This document shows, one piece after another, positions 44,569 through 53,821 of a stretch of DNA of 64,000 nt; position 1 is the stretch's first letter; each line of letters opens with the position of its first letter. The stretch comes from Bacteroidota bacterium. GTDB lineage: Bacteria; Bacteroidota; Bacteroidia; Chitinophagales; LD1. Location of the stretch: positions 189 through 64,188 of the forward strand of contig CANJRM010000002.1 in NCBI GenBank assembly GCA_947476645.1, in the 5' to 3' direction. A model generated the notes under the pieces. That model had not been told where the DNA came from. It searched no databases and saw only the letters and a program-made list of their open reading frames with translations. The position numbers and the translations under genes are program-made.

Positions 44569-47500
44569 TTATTGCAGCATTGTAATTGTTCCTTTATAAT
44601 CTGAATCGCTGTGATTGTTCATCCACACAAATTTTGCGTAGTAGGTATAAACTCCGGGAGGCGAATGCACGCCTTTGTAATTCCCATCCCATTTAAAATC
44701 GAGTTCGTTACTCTGAAAAACTTTTTCACCGATGCGGTTAAACACCGCTACTTCCACTTGCTTTATTCCCCTCAACCTTCCAAACATTTGCCAGAAATCA
44801 TTAACGCCATCACCGTTTGGTGTAAAGGCATTTGGTAAAAACACATCGTAAATGGGAATCACTTTTGCAGTAAAATTAAACGTGCCGATGCACCCCGCAT
44901 CATTCGTAGCTACTACTAAATAATTTTGCGAGTAAACTCCGCTGAAAAGAGGTGCAGTGCAATCGTAACAAGTCAAACCAAATTTCGGACTCCAGTCAAA
45001 ATATACATTGCCGCTTTGGTTTGTAGTTGACGAAAGTTGCAACTCATCTCCCAGTTTTACTTCTGTTGGGTTAGGCGTAATGTCAATCAAAACAGAATCG
45101 GGTTGCGTAACCGTTGCAGAATCTGTAATGGTGCAACCATTAGCATCGGTAACAGTTACCGAATATGTTCCGGCAATTAATCCGGTCAGCAATCCTGTAT
45201 CAGCCATCAAGCCCGTAGAAAATTCAAATGAATACTGCGGCACACCGCCTGCAACAGTTACACTAACTCTTCCATGGGAGTAATGGTAACAAGTGGTTGG
45301 AGTTGGAGTTGCAATATCAGTTAAAACAGGAGGCTCATTCACCATAATTGTTCCTGTGGTTACACAGGCATGTTGGTCAGTTACGCTCACGCTATAATTT
45401 CCGGCAAAAAGATTTTGAAATTGTCCTGATGCCGCATTGAGAATATTTACACCATCGGGAGTTGCAGAAAAATTATAAGGCAATACTCCGCCCGAACCTG
45501 TTGCTGTAATTGTCCCTGTGTTATCACCATTGCAAAGCACATCTGTTTCGGTTGTGGTTAAAACTATGGCAGGCGGCTCGGTAACGTTTGCTGTTTGAAT
45601 CAATGAACAGCCATGCGCATCTGTAACCGTTGCGCTATACAATCCGGCAGGAATACTTGTTACAGTATTCGTTGCAGAAACATTTGGGCTCCATGCGTAA
45701 GAATAAATTGGCGTTCCACCATTCACCGTAATATCTATTGAACCAGTGCTATTGCCATTACACAAAACATCTACATGCGTTTCGGAACTTGTAAGCAAAG
45801 GCGGTTGAGTTAAGCCAAAACTTGCAGTGCCACTGCAACCGTTGTTGTCGGTTACAGTAACCTGATAAGTTCCTATAGGAAGTGATGAAGCAGAACCTGT
45901 CGAAGTGATATTCGGGTTCCAGTTGTAGATGTAAGGAAAAGTTCCGCCTGTTGCATTGGTAGCTACAGTTCCATCATTGCTTTGGAAACAAGTTAAATCA
46001 GTAGCAACAGTATCGAGTGTAAGCGGTTGGTTAGGTTGAGAAATTACAACGTTAGGAACCACGCTGCAACCGTTGGCATCGGCAACAGTAATGGAATAAG
46101 AATTCGGAGTTAATCCGGTTGCAGAATTTGTAGTGCTTACATTAGGATTCCATGTGTAAGTATAATTTGGTGTGCCACCCGAAGTTCCAATAGTGATAGT
46201 GCCGTTATTAAAACCAAAACAACTTACGTTGGTGGAAGAAACATTTATAGTAAGCGGTTGCGAAGGTTGTGTAAGCGTAACCGAAATTGTTTTCTGACAA
46301 TTAGTTTGGTCAATCACTGTAACATTATAAGTATTTGCTGCAAGTGAAGTGGCTACGTTCGACAAACTCACATTCGGATTCCAGTTGTAAGAATAATTTG
46401 GTCCTACTCCACCACTCACGTTTAAAGTTATATCGCCTGTTGCATCACCAAAGCAGGCAATGTTTGTGTGCGTTTGATTGATTACAATATCTGTAGGCTG
46501 TGTAATCGTGAACGCAATTACCTGACTGCATCCGTTTGCATCTAAAACTGTTCCACCATAATTATTCGGAGCAAGCACGGTGAGGTTTGTTACACCCGCA
46601 GGAATCGCAACTCCGAGATAAGTATAAGGCGGTGTTCCTCCGCCTATAGTAATTGCAGCCGTTCCATCATTCGCTCCAAAGCAGGTGACGTTTGTTGAAG
46701 TTACTGTTGCACTCAACGCTGTTGCAGGTTGAGTAATGTTATAAGTTGCAGAAGTGGAACACGAATTCAAATCAGTAATTGTCACGGTGTAATTTCCCGC
46801 GCTCAAACCTGTATTGGTAAAAACAGTTGGTCCATTTGGATTGACTGCCGATGGCACTGAACTCCACAAGGCAGTATATGGTTGTGTTCCTGTAGAAACT
46901 GTTGCTGTTGCATTTCCTGTAGTTGCACCATTGCACGCAACGTTTGTATGTGTTGGTGTAATTACCGGCACAGGATAAATAACCACTTGATGCGTTTGCG
47001 TAGCAGTGCACAAACTCTGGTCGGTGATGGTGAGTAGCACATTGAAAGTTCCAACGATAGGGAAAGTGTGAATTGGATTTTGTGCGTGAACCACCGGAGT
47101 GCCATCACCAAAATCCCAGGCATAATCAACAATATTACTCAAGCCCGAAGTAGCGGTGCTTTGAAAATGAACGGTATCTACTCCGCAAGCAGTGTAATTT
47201 GTTCCTCCCAAAAAGTCGGAAGTGAAGTGCACACAAACCGATTGCGTGTTGAACGCACCACCTGTTGCCCCTGTCCATCCCCAATATACATTCGGGTTTC
47301 CTGCAAAAATTGAATTAGCTAAACCACCGGGAAAAGTATACTGCAAGCGAAAAACGCCATCGAAATAAACAGATAAAGTTTCTGTGGCAGGATTCCATAC
47401 AAAACGAATGGTATGCCATGCACCGTCTTCTACATCGGCAGAACTGCCACTCATTTGAACAGGTCCGACTACTGGGGCAGAGATGTTTCCATTTATATCA

Positions 47501-47901
47501 AGTGCCAAATGATCGGCAGCTATATCTGCTGCGCCCCCGCCATTGTCGTAAGTATCTAATTCAATACCTATTGATTGATTAGGGAAACCCGAGTACCCCA
47601 TGCCACCACCTAATGAAGGTGGAGCAGTATTGTTTGTGTTTTGCAGAACAAAAACAATTCCGTCAGCTCCATCATCATGCGTTCCTAAAAAAACATCGAA
47701 AGTAAAATCGAAAGGATTGGTCAAATTCAATTGATTCAAGTTCCACATAGAGCCTGCCTGACTTCCTACATTATCTGTGAGTTGATAGCACTGGCAACTT
47801 TGCTGAATCGTATTGCCATAGTAATTCCATATTTGTGAATAGGAGCGAACCGCCACTAAACTAAACAGAAAGAAAAGTAATGCCTGTAGATTTTTTTTCA
47901 T
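44569..47901 (-). CDS. giant T9SS type B cargo: L-type lectin-like domain + PKD domain + multiple SprB-type repeats + gliding-motility C-terminal domain
   Basis: 1110 aa with a signal peptide. Lectin-like block (GADGIVFVLQN...IGIELDTYDN...ADHLALDING) and PKD-like WDFGDGT. About 9 repeats of C-x-G-x3-G-x7-GG-x-P-Y-x-Y-x-W type. C-terminus is FLPNAFTPNGDGVNDFW (CHU_C / type B sorting domain). Confidence 0.85.
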   Translation of the reverse strand: MKKNLQALLFFLFSLVAVRSYSQIWNYYGNTIQQSCQCYQLTDNVGSQAGSMWNLNQLNLTNPFDFTFDVFLGTHDDGADGIVFVLQNTNNTAPPSLGGGMGYSGFPNQSIGIELDTYDNGGGAADIAADHLALDINGNISAPVVGPVQMSGSSADVEDGAWHTIRFVWNPATETLSVYFDGVFRLQYTFPGGLANSIFAGNPNVYWGWTGATGGAFNTQSVCVHFTSDFLGGTNYTACGVDTVHFQSTATSGLSNIVDYAWDFGDGTPVVHAQNPIHTFPIVGTFNVLLTITDQSLCTATQTHQVVIYPVPVITPTHTNVACNGATTGNATATVSTGTQPYTALWSSVPSAVNPNGPTVFTNTGLSAGNYTVTITDLNSCSTSATYNITQPATALSATVTSTNVTCFGANDGTAAITIGGGTPPYTYLGVAIPAGVTNLTVLAPNNYGGTVLDANGCSQVIAFTITQPTDIVINQTHTNIACFGDATGDITLNVSGGVGPNYSYNWNPNVSLSNVATSLAANTYNVTVIDQTNCQKTISVTLTQPSQPLTINVSSTNVSCFGFNNGTITIGTSGGTPNYTYTWNPNVSTTNSATGLTPNSYSITVADANGCSVVPNVVISQPNQPLTLDTVATDLTCFQSNDGTVATNATGGTFPYIYNWNPNITSTGSASSLPIGTYQVTVTDNNGCSGTASFGLTQPPLLTSSETHVDVLCNGNSTGSIDITVNGGTPIYSYAWSPNVSATNTVTSIPAGLYSATVTDAHGCSLIQTANVTEPPAIVLTTTETDVLCNGDNTGTITATGSGGVLPYNFSATPDGVNILNAASGQFQNLFAGNYSVSVTDQHACVTTGTIMVNEPPVLTDIATPTPTTCYHYSHGRVSVTVAGGVPQYSFEFSTGLMADTGLLTGLIAGTYSVTVTDANGCTITDSATVTQPDSVLIDITPNPTEVKLGDELQLSSTTNQSGNVYFDWSPKFGLTCYDCTAPLFSGVYSQNYLVVATNDAGCIGTFNFTAKVIPIYDVFLPNAFTPNGDGVNDFWQMFGRLRGIKQVEVAVFNRIGEKVFQSNELDFKWDGNYKGVHSPPGVYTYYAKFVWMNNHSDSDYKGTITMLQ

Positions 47902-47996
47902 TGATAAAACGGGGTCGAAGATACATTTTTGGTGTAAACGAAAATTCCCGCCTTCGAAAGACAGGAATTTTATAAAACAGGTTGTTCAAGCAGAAA

Positions 47997-50264
47997 TTAA
48001 TCGGTGTCTTTTTTCTTTAAACGTTCAACTCCATCATCGCCTTTATTTTTCTTAGAAAATGCACCAAGACGAAGTTTAAAACCTACATTAAACAAGCGTC
48101 CTTCAAGCGGAGCATAGATTTCTGAAAACCGCGGATGAGAATAACCGGGATTGGGATACACAACCGGCCCATACGATGTTTGCCTGATGTTGGCTATGTT
48201 TTCAAAATTGGAAAACAGAATTAAATATTTGAAAGCATACTGAAGGTTCAAGCCAATCTCCCAAATTGATTTGCCAACTCTCCCATCGCTTAGCTTAACG
48301 GGACTGTAGTAATAGACATCAATACCCGCGAAGAAGTTTTTGATTTCATAACCGGCAAGAATAGAAACGATATGTTTTGAAGTTAGCGGAGCAATGCTTC
48401 GCACATTATTTATCTGTCTGTTATTATCGGTGTATGAATAAACCAGCGATGCACCAATGCCGCGATAGCTGATATTGATTCCCGTTTCTACTCCACCGCT
48501 TCTAATAAATCCATTTCCGTTGGTGTAGCTTATGTTAATGGAATCAAGTGTGTGATTAAGCGGGTCAGCAGTTTCTTGTGGAAGTAGTGGACGAAGAATG
48601 TGTGTATAGAAATAAAGTTGATTGATGGTGATGTTCAATCCGTTGAAGTTGGGCAATTTTATTTTCAAATCAACGGTTCCGCCCAGTGATATTTCGGGTT
48701 TTACCGAAGATGCTATGGGTTGCACGTTGATGAATCGTGCCTCTTCACTTTCATCCTGAAAAACAGTTGGCAGTTTATAACCCATTCCGAAATTCAATCG
48801 CGTTGAAAAAACTTCGTTCCATTTTTGACGAAGTGCAAGATGCGGCAGCACATTTACTTTGTAAATATTGTTGTAGTCAATTCGCACGCCACCTTCAATA
48901 GTTGTTTTGTCACCGAAATTGTAAAGGTATTGAACAAACAAACCAACCGTATAAAAATTATAACTGCGTTTTACCAAGGCAGAATCGTTCGCTTCCGTAA
49001 ATCTATCGGTGCGGAAATCAACTCCAACCACCGCATCATGTTTTTTACGCGTGATGTGATAATTAATTTCAGAAGCCGAAGCCAACTGCGTTCCTTTAAA
49101 AAAGTAATAAGGAATTTTCAAATCGCGATTGAAGTAATTGAATGAAGTCTTAGCAGTCAACTTTCCGTTCTTTTCAAAATCGTATTCAAATTTGAAATTG
49201 GAAGAAGCATGAGTAGAAATATTTTTTTCAAAGTAATTGTAATTGCTATCCGCTTCATTGCGCAAATATTTCATAGCTCCACCAAAGCGGTTTTCGTAAG
49301 TATAAGTTCCGCCAATATTCAGTTTTGCGTGTTTCGATAAATCAAAAAATAATTGAGGAGAAATATTGTAGCGATTCAAGCGTGGAGTTTCAGAAAATCC
49401 ATAACCACTCCAGTCTTTTTCTTTTTGATAACGGTAAATACCCGTTAGCGAAAATGCAAACCATTTTATTTTTTGACTGGCATACAAACCACCATCAAAT
49501 GCAAAAGAGCTTTCGCCATTAAACATTACATCGTAAATTGGTTTCTCTGTCGGCTCTTTCGAAATCAAATTGATAACTCCGGCAATAGCATCGCCACCAT
49601 AAAGAGTAGACGAAGGTCCTTTTATAATTTCCACTTGCTTCAAATCGAGTGGGGGAATTTGAGTGATGCCAATTACATTCGAGAAACCACCGAAGAGCGG
49701 AAAGCCATCTTTCAAAACCTGCACATAACGACTGCTTAATCCCTGCAAGCGAATGCTCATAGTTCCCGCAGTTGCAGATGTGCGTTGCACCTGCACGCCC
49801 GGCTGTTCACGCACCACATGCGAAACATCCGATGGTTTGTCGTGTGAGCGCTCTTCTACTTCCGCTTCTGCAACCACTTCCACTCTAGTAGGAAGGTATT
49901 CTGCTTTCTGATAATTGCGCGTGGAAGTAACCACCACTTCATCTATTTCTTCTGCCTGTGTTTGTAGTTTTACTTCGAGAGGAACAGAATTTTTCGCTAG
50001 CGGAAAATTGATTTTAATTCTCTTTTTAAAATATCCGAGAATAGAAAACTCAATCGTCTTTTCTCCGTTTGGAATATTTTCAAGAACAATCATTCCGTTT
50101 GAATCGGCAACTGCAGCAATGGTAGTATCTACCACATGAGCAGTTGCACCCGCAAGCAACTCGGCATCTTCATCTTCACTTTTTACTATAGCACGAAATG
50201 TATTTTGCGCAGATAGATTCTGAAAAAGGAAGGAGAGAAATAATATGGTGAAGAGATTTTTCAA
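47997..50264 (-). CDS. TonB-dependent receptor with N-terminal carboxypeptidase-regulatory-like domain
   Basis: 755 aa with a signal peptide. CarboxypepD_reg-like start (FRAIVKSEDE...GATAHVVDT), plug motifs (VVVTSTR, IEIIKGPSSTLYGGDAIAGVINLISK), then a long beta-barrel. Confidence 0.85.
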   Translation of the reverse strand: MKNLFTILFLSFLFQNLSAQNTFRAIVKSEDEDAELLAGATAHVVDTTIAAVADSNGMIVLENIPNGEKTIEFSILGYFKKRIKINFPLAKNSVPLEVKLQTQAEEIDEVVVTSTRNYQKAEYLPTRVEVVAEAEVEERSHDKPSDVSHVVREQPGVQVQRTSATAGTMSIRLQGLSSRYVQVLKDGFPLFGGFSNVIGITQIPPLDLKQVEIIKGPSSTLYGGDAIAGVINLISKEPTEKPIYDVMFNGESSFAFDGGLYASQKIKWFAFSLTGIYRYQKEKDWSGYGFSETPRLNRYNISPQLFFDLSKHAKLNIGGTYTYENRFGGAMKYLRNEADSNYNYFEKNISTHASSNFKFEYDFEKNGKLTAKTSFNYFNRDLKIPYYFFKGTQLASASEINYHITRKKHDAVVGVDFRTDRFTEANDSALVKRSYNFYTVGLFVQYLYNFGDKTTIEGGVRIDYNNIYKVNVLPHLALRQKWNEVFSTRLNFGMGYKLPTVFQDESEEARFINVQPIASSVKPEISLGGTVDLKIKLPNFNGLNITINQLYFYTHILRPLLPQETADPLNHTLDSINISYTNGNGFIRSGGVETGINISYRGIGASLVYSYTDNNRQINNVRSIAPLTSKHIVSILAGYEIKNFFAGIDVYYYSPVKLSDGRVGKSIWEIGLNLQYAFKYLILFSNFENIANIRQTSYGPVVYPNPGYSHPRFSEIYAPLEGRLFNVGFKLRLGAFSKKNKGDDGVERLKKKDTD

Positions 50265-50289
50265 TGAGGTGGTTATACCGAAAGTATTT

Positions 50290-50322
50290 AAACCTTATAG
50301 GTTTTCAAAACCTATAAGGTTT
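50290..50322. promoter_or_regulatory. perfect 16-bp-arm palindrome in the TonB-dependent receptor upstream region
   Basis: AAACCTTATAGGTTTT-C-AAAACCTATAAGGTTT. Lies between the tsaC stop (50335) and the receptor start (50264). May be an operator or a terminator for tsaC. Confidence 0.45.
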
Positions 50323-50334
50323 TTGAAAAAACTA

Positions 50335-50949
50335 CTACAAAGGAAATTCTCCTGCACCCTCACGAACTAATAAAGGTTCATTACTGGTGTAATCAATTAC
50401 AGTCGAAGCAATGTTACCACCAACACCGCCATCAATTACAATATCAACCATGCTCTCGTATGCTTCATACAATTCATCAGGGTCAGTAATGTATTCGAGA
50501 ATAGTATCGGTGTTTTTTATAGATGCAGAAAGAATGGGTGCCCCAAGCTCATCTACGATTGCACGTGCAATCGTGTTATCCGGCACTCGAATACCAACTG
50601 TCTTTTTATTGTAGCCATAAATTTTTGAGAGGTTGTTATTGCCGTTGAGAATAAACGTATAGGGACCGGGCAAACACTTTTTCATCATTTTATAAACGGG
50701 CGTGGGCACGTTCATTGTGAAGTCAGTGATGTGGCTAAGGTCGTAGCACACAATAGAAAAATTGGCTTTGTTCGATTTAATGTCTTTCAGTTTGCAAACT
50801 TTCTCGTAAGCATCGCGGTGAGTTAAATCGCAGCCGAGCGTATAAACCGTGTCGGTTGGATAAATAATAACTCCTCCTTTTCGCAAACAATTCACCACCT
50901 GAAAAATCAGACGGTCGTCAATGTTATCGGGATTTATTCGAAGCAGCAC
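50335..50949 (-). CDS. tsaC: L-threonylcarbamoyladenylate synthase (TsaC/YrdC/Sua5 family)
   Basis: 204 aa with GGVIIYPTDTVYTLGCD, KANFSIVC and LPGPYTFIL motifs typical of the YrdC domain. Confidence 0.85.
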   Translation of the reverse strand: MLLRINPDNIDDRLIFQVVNCLRKGGVIIYPTDTVYTLGCDLTHRDAYEKVCKLKDIKSNKANFSIVCYDLSHITDFTMNVPTPVYKMMKKCLPGPYTFILNGNNNLSKIYGYNKKTVGIRVPDNTIARAIVDELGAPILSASIKNTDTILEYITDPDELYEAYESMVDIVIDGGVGGNIASTVIDYTSNEPLLVREGAGEFPL

Positions 50950-50952
50950 AAA

Positions 50953-51393
50953 TCAGATTTTTTCTGTTTCATAATTTCTAATTCGTTCTCGCAAACTATC
51001 AGGCATTACTACCGAAGTATTTGTTTTATAATCAAACAACACCATGGTTGAATAACCCGTAGTGGTCAATTCTTCTTTGCCATTCACAAAACTCGTAATC
51101 AAATATTGCGTTTCAAAACTTTTATTTCCCAATCGGCTGGTGCGCACATATACAAAAGTAGGATTTGGAAACACAACGGGCTTCAGATAATCTACATGTG
51201 CATTCGCAAGTATCGCGCCTATTTCGTTCCAGTTCCATTCACACGCTTCATGAAAATAATACACACGCGCCTGCTCAAAGTAAGTGAGGTAAACTGCATT
51301 ATTCACATGGCGCATTTCGTCCATATCGCTCCAGCGAATATCAAGCTTCATTTTAAAACGGAATTTTGCTTTTTCTTCTTCGAGGTTGAGCAT
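50953..51393 (-). CDS. acyl-CoA thioesterase (4HBT/YbgC-like hotdog fold)
   Basis: Start moved to Met31 (ATG complement at 51393). RWSDMDEMRHVNNAVYLTYFEQAR is the typical 4HBT active-site region. Confidence 0.8.
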   Translation of the reverse strand: MLNLEEEKAKFRFKMKLDIRWSDMDEMRHVNNAVYLTYFEQARVYYFHEACEWNWNEIGAILANAHVDYLKPVVFPNPTFVYVRTSRLGNKSFETQYLITSFVNGKEELTTTGYSTMVLFDYKTNTSVVMPDSLRERIRNYETEKI

Positions 51394-51488
51394 GTGTATG
51401 GTAATTATTGTTGTAAAACGGGTGCGAATGTAATCGCAAAATGCTATTGACAAAAGCCGATTATATTCGCTCAACAAAAACAAAAATT

Positions 51489-52100
51489 ATGATAGCACTT
51501 CCACTTTCAATTCTGGCTTTAGCAGCAGGCGTTCATTTACTTATAAAAGTAAAACGCGAATTTATGGGCACTCTTTTTTCTGTGCTTGCCTGGCTCGTTA
51601 TCGGACTTTCGTTGGCAAACATTGGTTTGATTGGCAAAAGAGTCGTTCATCGTTTTTGTGTAAATCATTGCGAAGGCGGGAACACGTGCAAAATGGAAAA
51701 GGAAATCATTATCAAAGATGACGGCATGGGACATTGCACTAAAGATAGTTCATCTACTTGCACCATGGGCGGTTGTAAAATGGAAGGCGACAGTGTAGTG
51801 ATGGAGAAAGAAATGTGCAGCAAGATGATGGGTGCGGAAAAATGCGAAGCTATGTGTAAAGAACGAGGCCGTTGTATTATGAGTAAAGAGGAATGTATGA
51901 GCATGTGTCACGCTGCTGGTAAACCTTGTTGTGCAGAGAAATCTATGGGCGGTTGTCCAATGCATAAGGAAGGATGTAAGGGTGATTGCTCGGGTAAGTG
52001 TGCGGGAAAATGCGAGGAGAAATGCGAATCCGGCAAAAAAGAGTGTTGTTCTAAAGATGGTGAAAGCGAAAAGAAGACATGTTGCAAACACAAGATGTAA
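51489..52100 (+). CDS. membrane-anchored Cys/Met-rich metallothionein-like protein (novel)
   Basis: 203 aa from the ATG at 51489. Two N-terminal hydrophobic helices, then ~147 aa containing 24 Cys (counted), ~15 Met and several His, with CxxxC runs (GDCSGKCAGKCEEKCE), CC pairs and many Lys/Glu. Confidence 0.6.
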   Translation: MIALPLSILALAAGVHLLIKVKREFMGTLFSVLAWLVIGLSLANIGLIGKRVVHRFCVNHCEGGNTCKMEKEIIIKDDGMGHCTKDSSSTCTMGGCKMEGDSVVMEKEMCSKMMGAEKCEAMCKERGRCIMSKEECMSMCHAAGKPCCAEKSMGGCPMHKEGCKGDCSGKCAGKCEEKCESGKKECCSKDGESEKKTCCKHKM

Positions 52101-52110
52101 GAAAATCCAT

Positions 52111-52150
52111 TTGAATTTAGTCCGTGTAAATCTGTGTATCTGTGGCAACA
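52111..52150 (+). repeat. start-proximal repeat element, third copy (TTGAATTTAGTCCGTGTAAATCTGTGTATCTGTGGCAAC)
   Basis: Shares the TTGAATTTA prefix and the GTGTAA(A)TC...ATCTGTG core with 38181-38229 and 23234-23270. Overlaps the GTG start at 52142. Confidence 0.6.
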
Positions 52151-52795
52151 AATGATTTTGAAATCTATCTCCGTCCTACAAAGTTTATTGATAGCGACCA
52201 TCCCAAGGTAATTGAATACGCTCACGCAAAAACTTCTGCCGATAAAACAGATAATCAAAAAGCTGTTGACCTTTATCTCGCTGTGCGCGATGAAATTCTT
52301 TACAATCCCTACAACCTTATTCTAATTCCTGAAGAAATTTCCGCATCCAAAACGTTGGAACGCGGTCAGGGTTATTGTATTGAAAAATCATTGCTGTTAT
52401 GTGCCGCAGCAAGAGTTCATAATATTCCATCTCGATTGGGTTTTTCCATTGTGCAGAATCATCTTTCTACAAAAAAATTTGTGGAGATGCTGCGCACCGA
52501 CAAATTTGTTTTTCATGGCTATAACGAATTTTGGCTCGATGGCAAATGGGTGAAATGCACCCCTGCATTCAACAAGAGTTTATGCGAAAAATTCGGAACC
52601 AACGCACTTGATTTCGATGGCACACACGATTCCATTTTCCAGGAATTTAATGGTGGCAAAAAATACATGAACTACTTACACGAGTACGGACAGTTCGATG
52701 ATTTCCCTTTCGATTTGTTTGTGGCTGAATTAAAAGTTCACTACCCGCATTTGTTTGAAGAAGCAAATGGAAATGCATTCTCTTGGGGACAATAG
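52142..52795 (+). CDS. transglutaminase-like cysteine protease superfamily protein
   Basis: 217 aa, GTG start. GQGYCIEKSLLLCAAARVHNIPSR (catalytic Cys context) with downstream FHGYNEFWLDGKWV (His) and Asp. Confidence 0.7.
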   Translation: MATNDFEIYLRPTKFIDSDHPKVIEYAHAKTSADKTDNQKAVDLYLAVRDEILYNPYNLILIPEEISASKTLERGQGYCIEKSLLLCAAARVHNIPSRLGFSIVQNHLSTKKFVEMLRTDKFVFHGYNEFWLDGKWVKCTPAFNKSLCEKFGTNALDFDGTHDSIFQEFNGGKKYMNYLHEYGQFDDFPFDLFVAELKVHYPHLFEEANGNAFSWGQ

Positions 52796-52797
52796 CT

Positions 52798-53760
52798 TCA
52801 CTCTATTGAAAGATACGGTTGAAGCTTTCTGAAAACACTATCGTTCATCACAGCAATCTTTCTCAGGTCTTCTACAGTTTTAAAATTCCCGTGCTCCTTC
52901 TTGTAAGCCATAAAAATCTTTGCTAAAGAGTAATTGATATAAGGATGCTTGCGTAGCGTCTCAAAATCATCGCTATTAAGTTTTATTTTCTTCAGCGCAA
53001 TTTCATTCACCACAAATTTGTCTTTCAAACTTTGATACGTGCTGTCAGGAAAATTCCAGACTTCCTTTATCTGCACTGCTGAAACAAAACCTCCTAACCG
53101 CTCTCTGTATTTAATAACTCGGCTTGCCAGCGAAGGCCCAATTCCTCTCTGCCTTTCAAACAAAGATGAATCTGCTATATTGATATCCACCACATATTTT
53201 TCTTTCTGCTTTTCAGGATAAACTGTTTTTGAAAATTCCTTCTTAGGAAAATCGTTCGGGTCAATTTTTATATAAGCCGAAAGACGATTGTAATTTTCTT
53301 CGCCCACCACAAAAACACTTTTCAAATCTTCCGGCTTTCGAAATTTATATCCCTTGTCTTTCAACTTCTCAATACTCGCTGCCTGCTTCGCACTAAACCC
53401 AAGTTTTATCCATTCAGCCACTCCGATTTTATTCGGGTCAAATTGGAAGTAGGCAATCTTGCGCTCTTCTTTCTTTTTGAGACTTGAACTTGAATCAAGA
53501 GTTAAATCTCTGCTCACAATAAGAAGGCTGTCTTTCTTAATGCTATCAGCTAACAAAGCAAGTTGCTTCTTTTCGTTGAACTCCTTTATAAAAGCATCAA
53601 CTTCCTTTTGGTAAGGAGAATTATCGGCATGCTGAATAGGTTTGTAATAGAGGTAGGTTGCGGGAACAATAAACACAAGCAACGATGCAAGAACCAGAAA
53701 AATGATTCCCGCTTTTTCTCCCTGTGTAAAGATCAGATATCTTTCAAGCCAACGCCACAT
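52798..53760 (-). CDS. ComEA-like helix-hairpin-helix DNA-binding protein
   Basis: Start moved to Met31 (MWRWLERYL..., followed by a TM anchor). Repeated HhH-type segments (GIGPSLASRVIKYRERLGGF, FETLRKHPYINYSLAKIF). Confidence 0.65.
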   Translation of the reverse strand: MWRWLERYLIFTQGEKAGIIFLVLASLLVFIVPATYLYYKPIQHADNSPYQKEVDAFIKEFNEKKQLALLADSIKKDSLLIVSRDLTLDSSSSLKKKEERKIAYFQFDPNKIGVAEWIKLGFSAKQAASIEKLKDKGYKFRKPEDLKSVFVVGEENYNRLSAYIKIDPNDFPKKEFSKTVYPEKQKEKYVVDINIADSSLFERQRGIGPSLASRVIKYRERLGGFVSAVQIKEVWNFPDSTYQSLKDKFVVNEIALKKIKLNSDDFETLRKHPYINYSLAKIFMAYKKEHGNFKTVEDLRKIAVMNDSVFRKLQPYLSIE

Positions 53761-53821
53761 GCTGCAATTTAAAAAAAGTCTTTGCTGCTTAAAAACTACC
53801 TTATTTTTTACTTTCGATGTA

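Noticed and set aside
51750-52258. 133-aa and 116-aa minus-strand ORFs opposite the Cys-rich gene
   Set aside because: These are shadow ORFs produced by the biased codon content (TGC/AAA/GAA repeats) of the plus-strand gene. The plus frame has a proper ATG and N-terminal TM helices. This call still needs experimental support.
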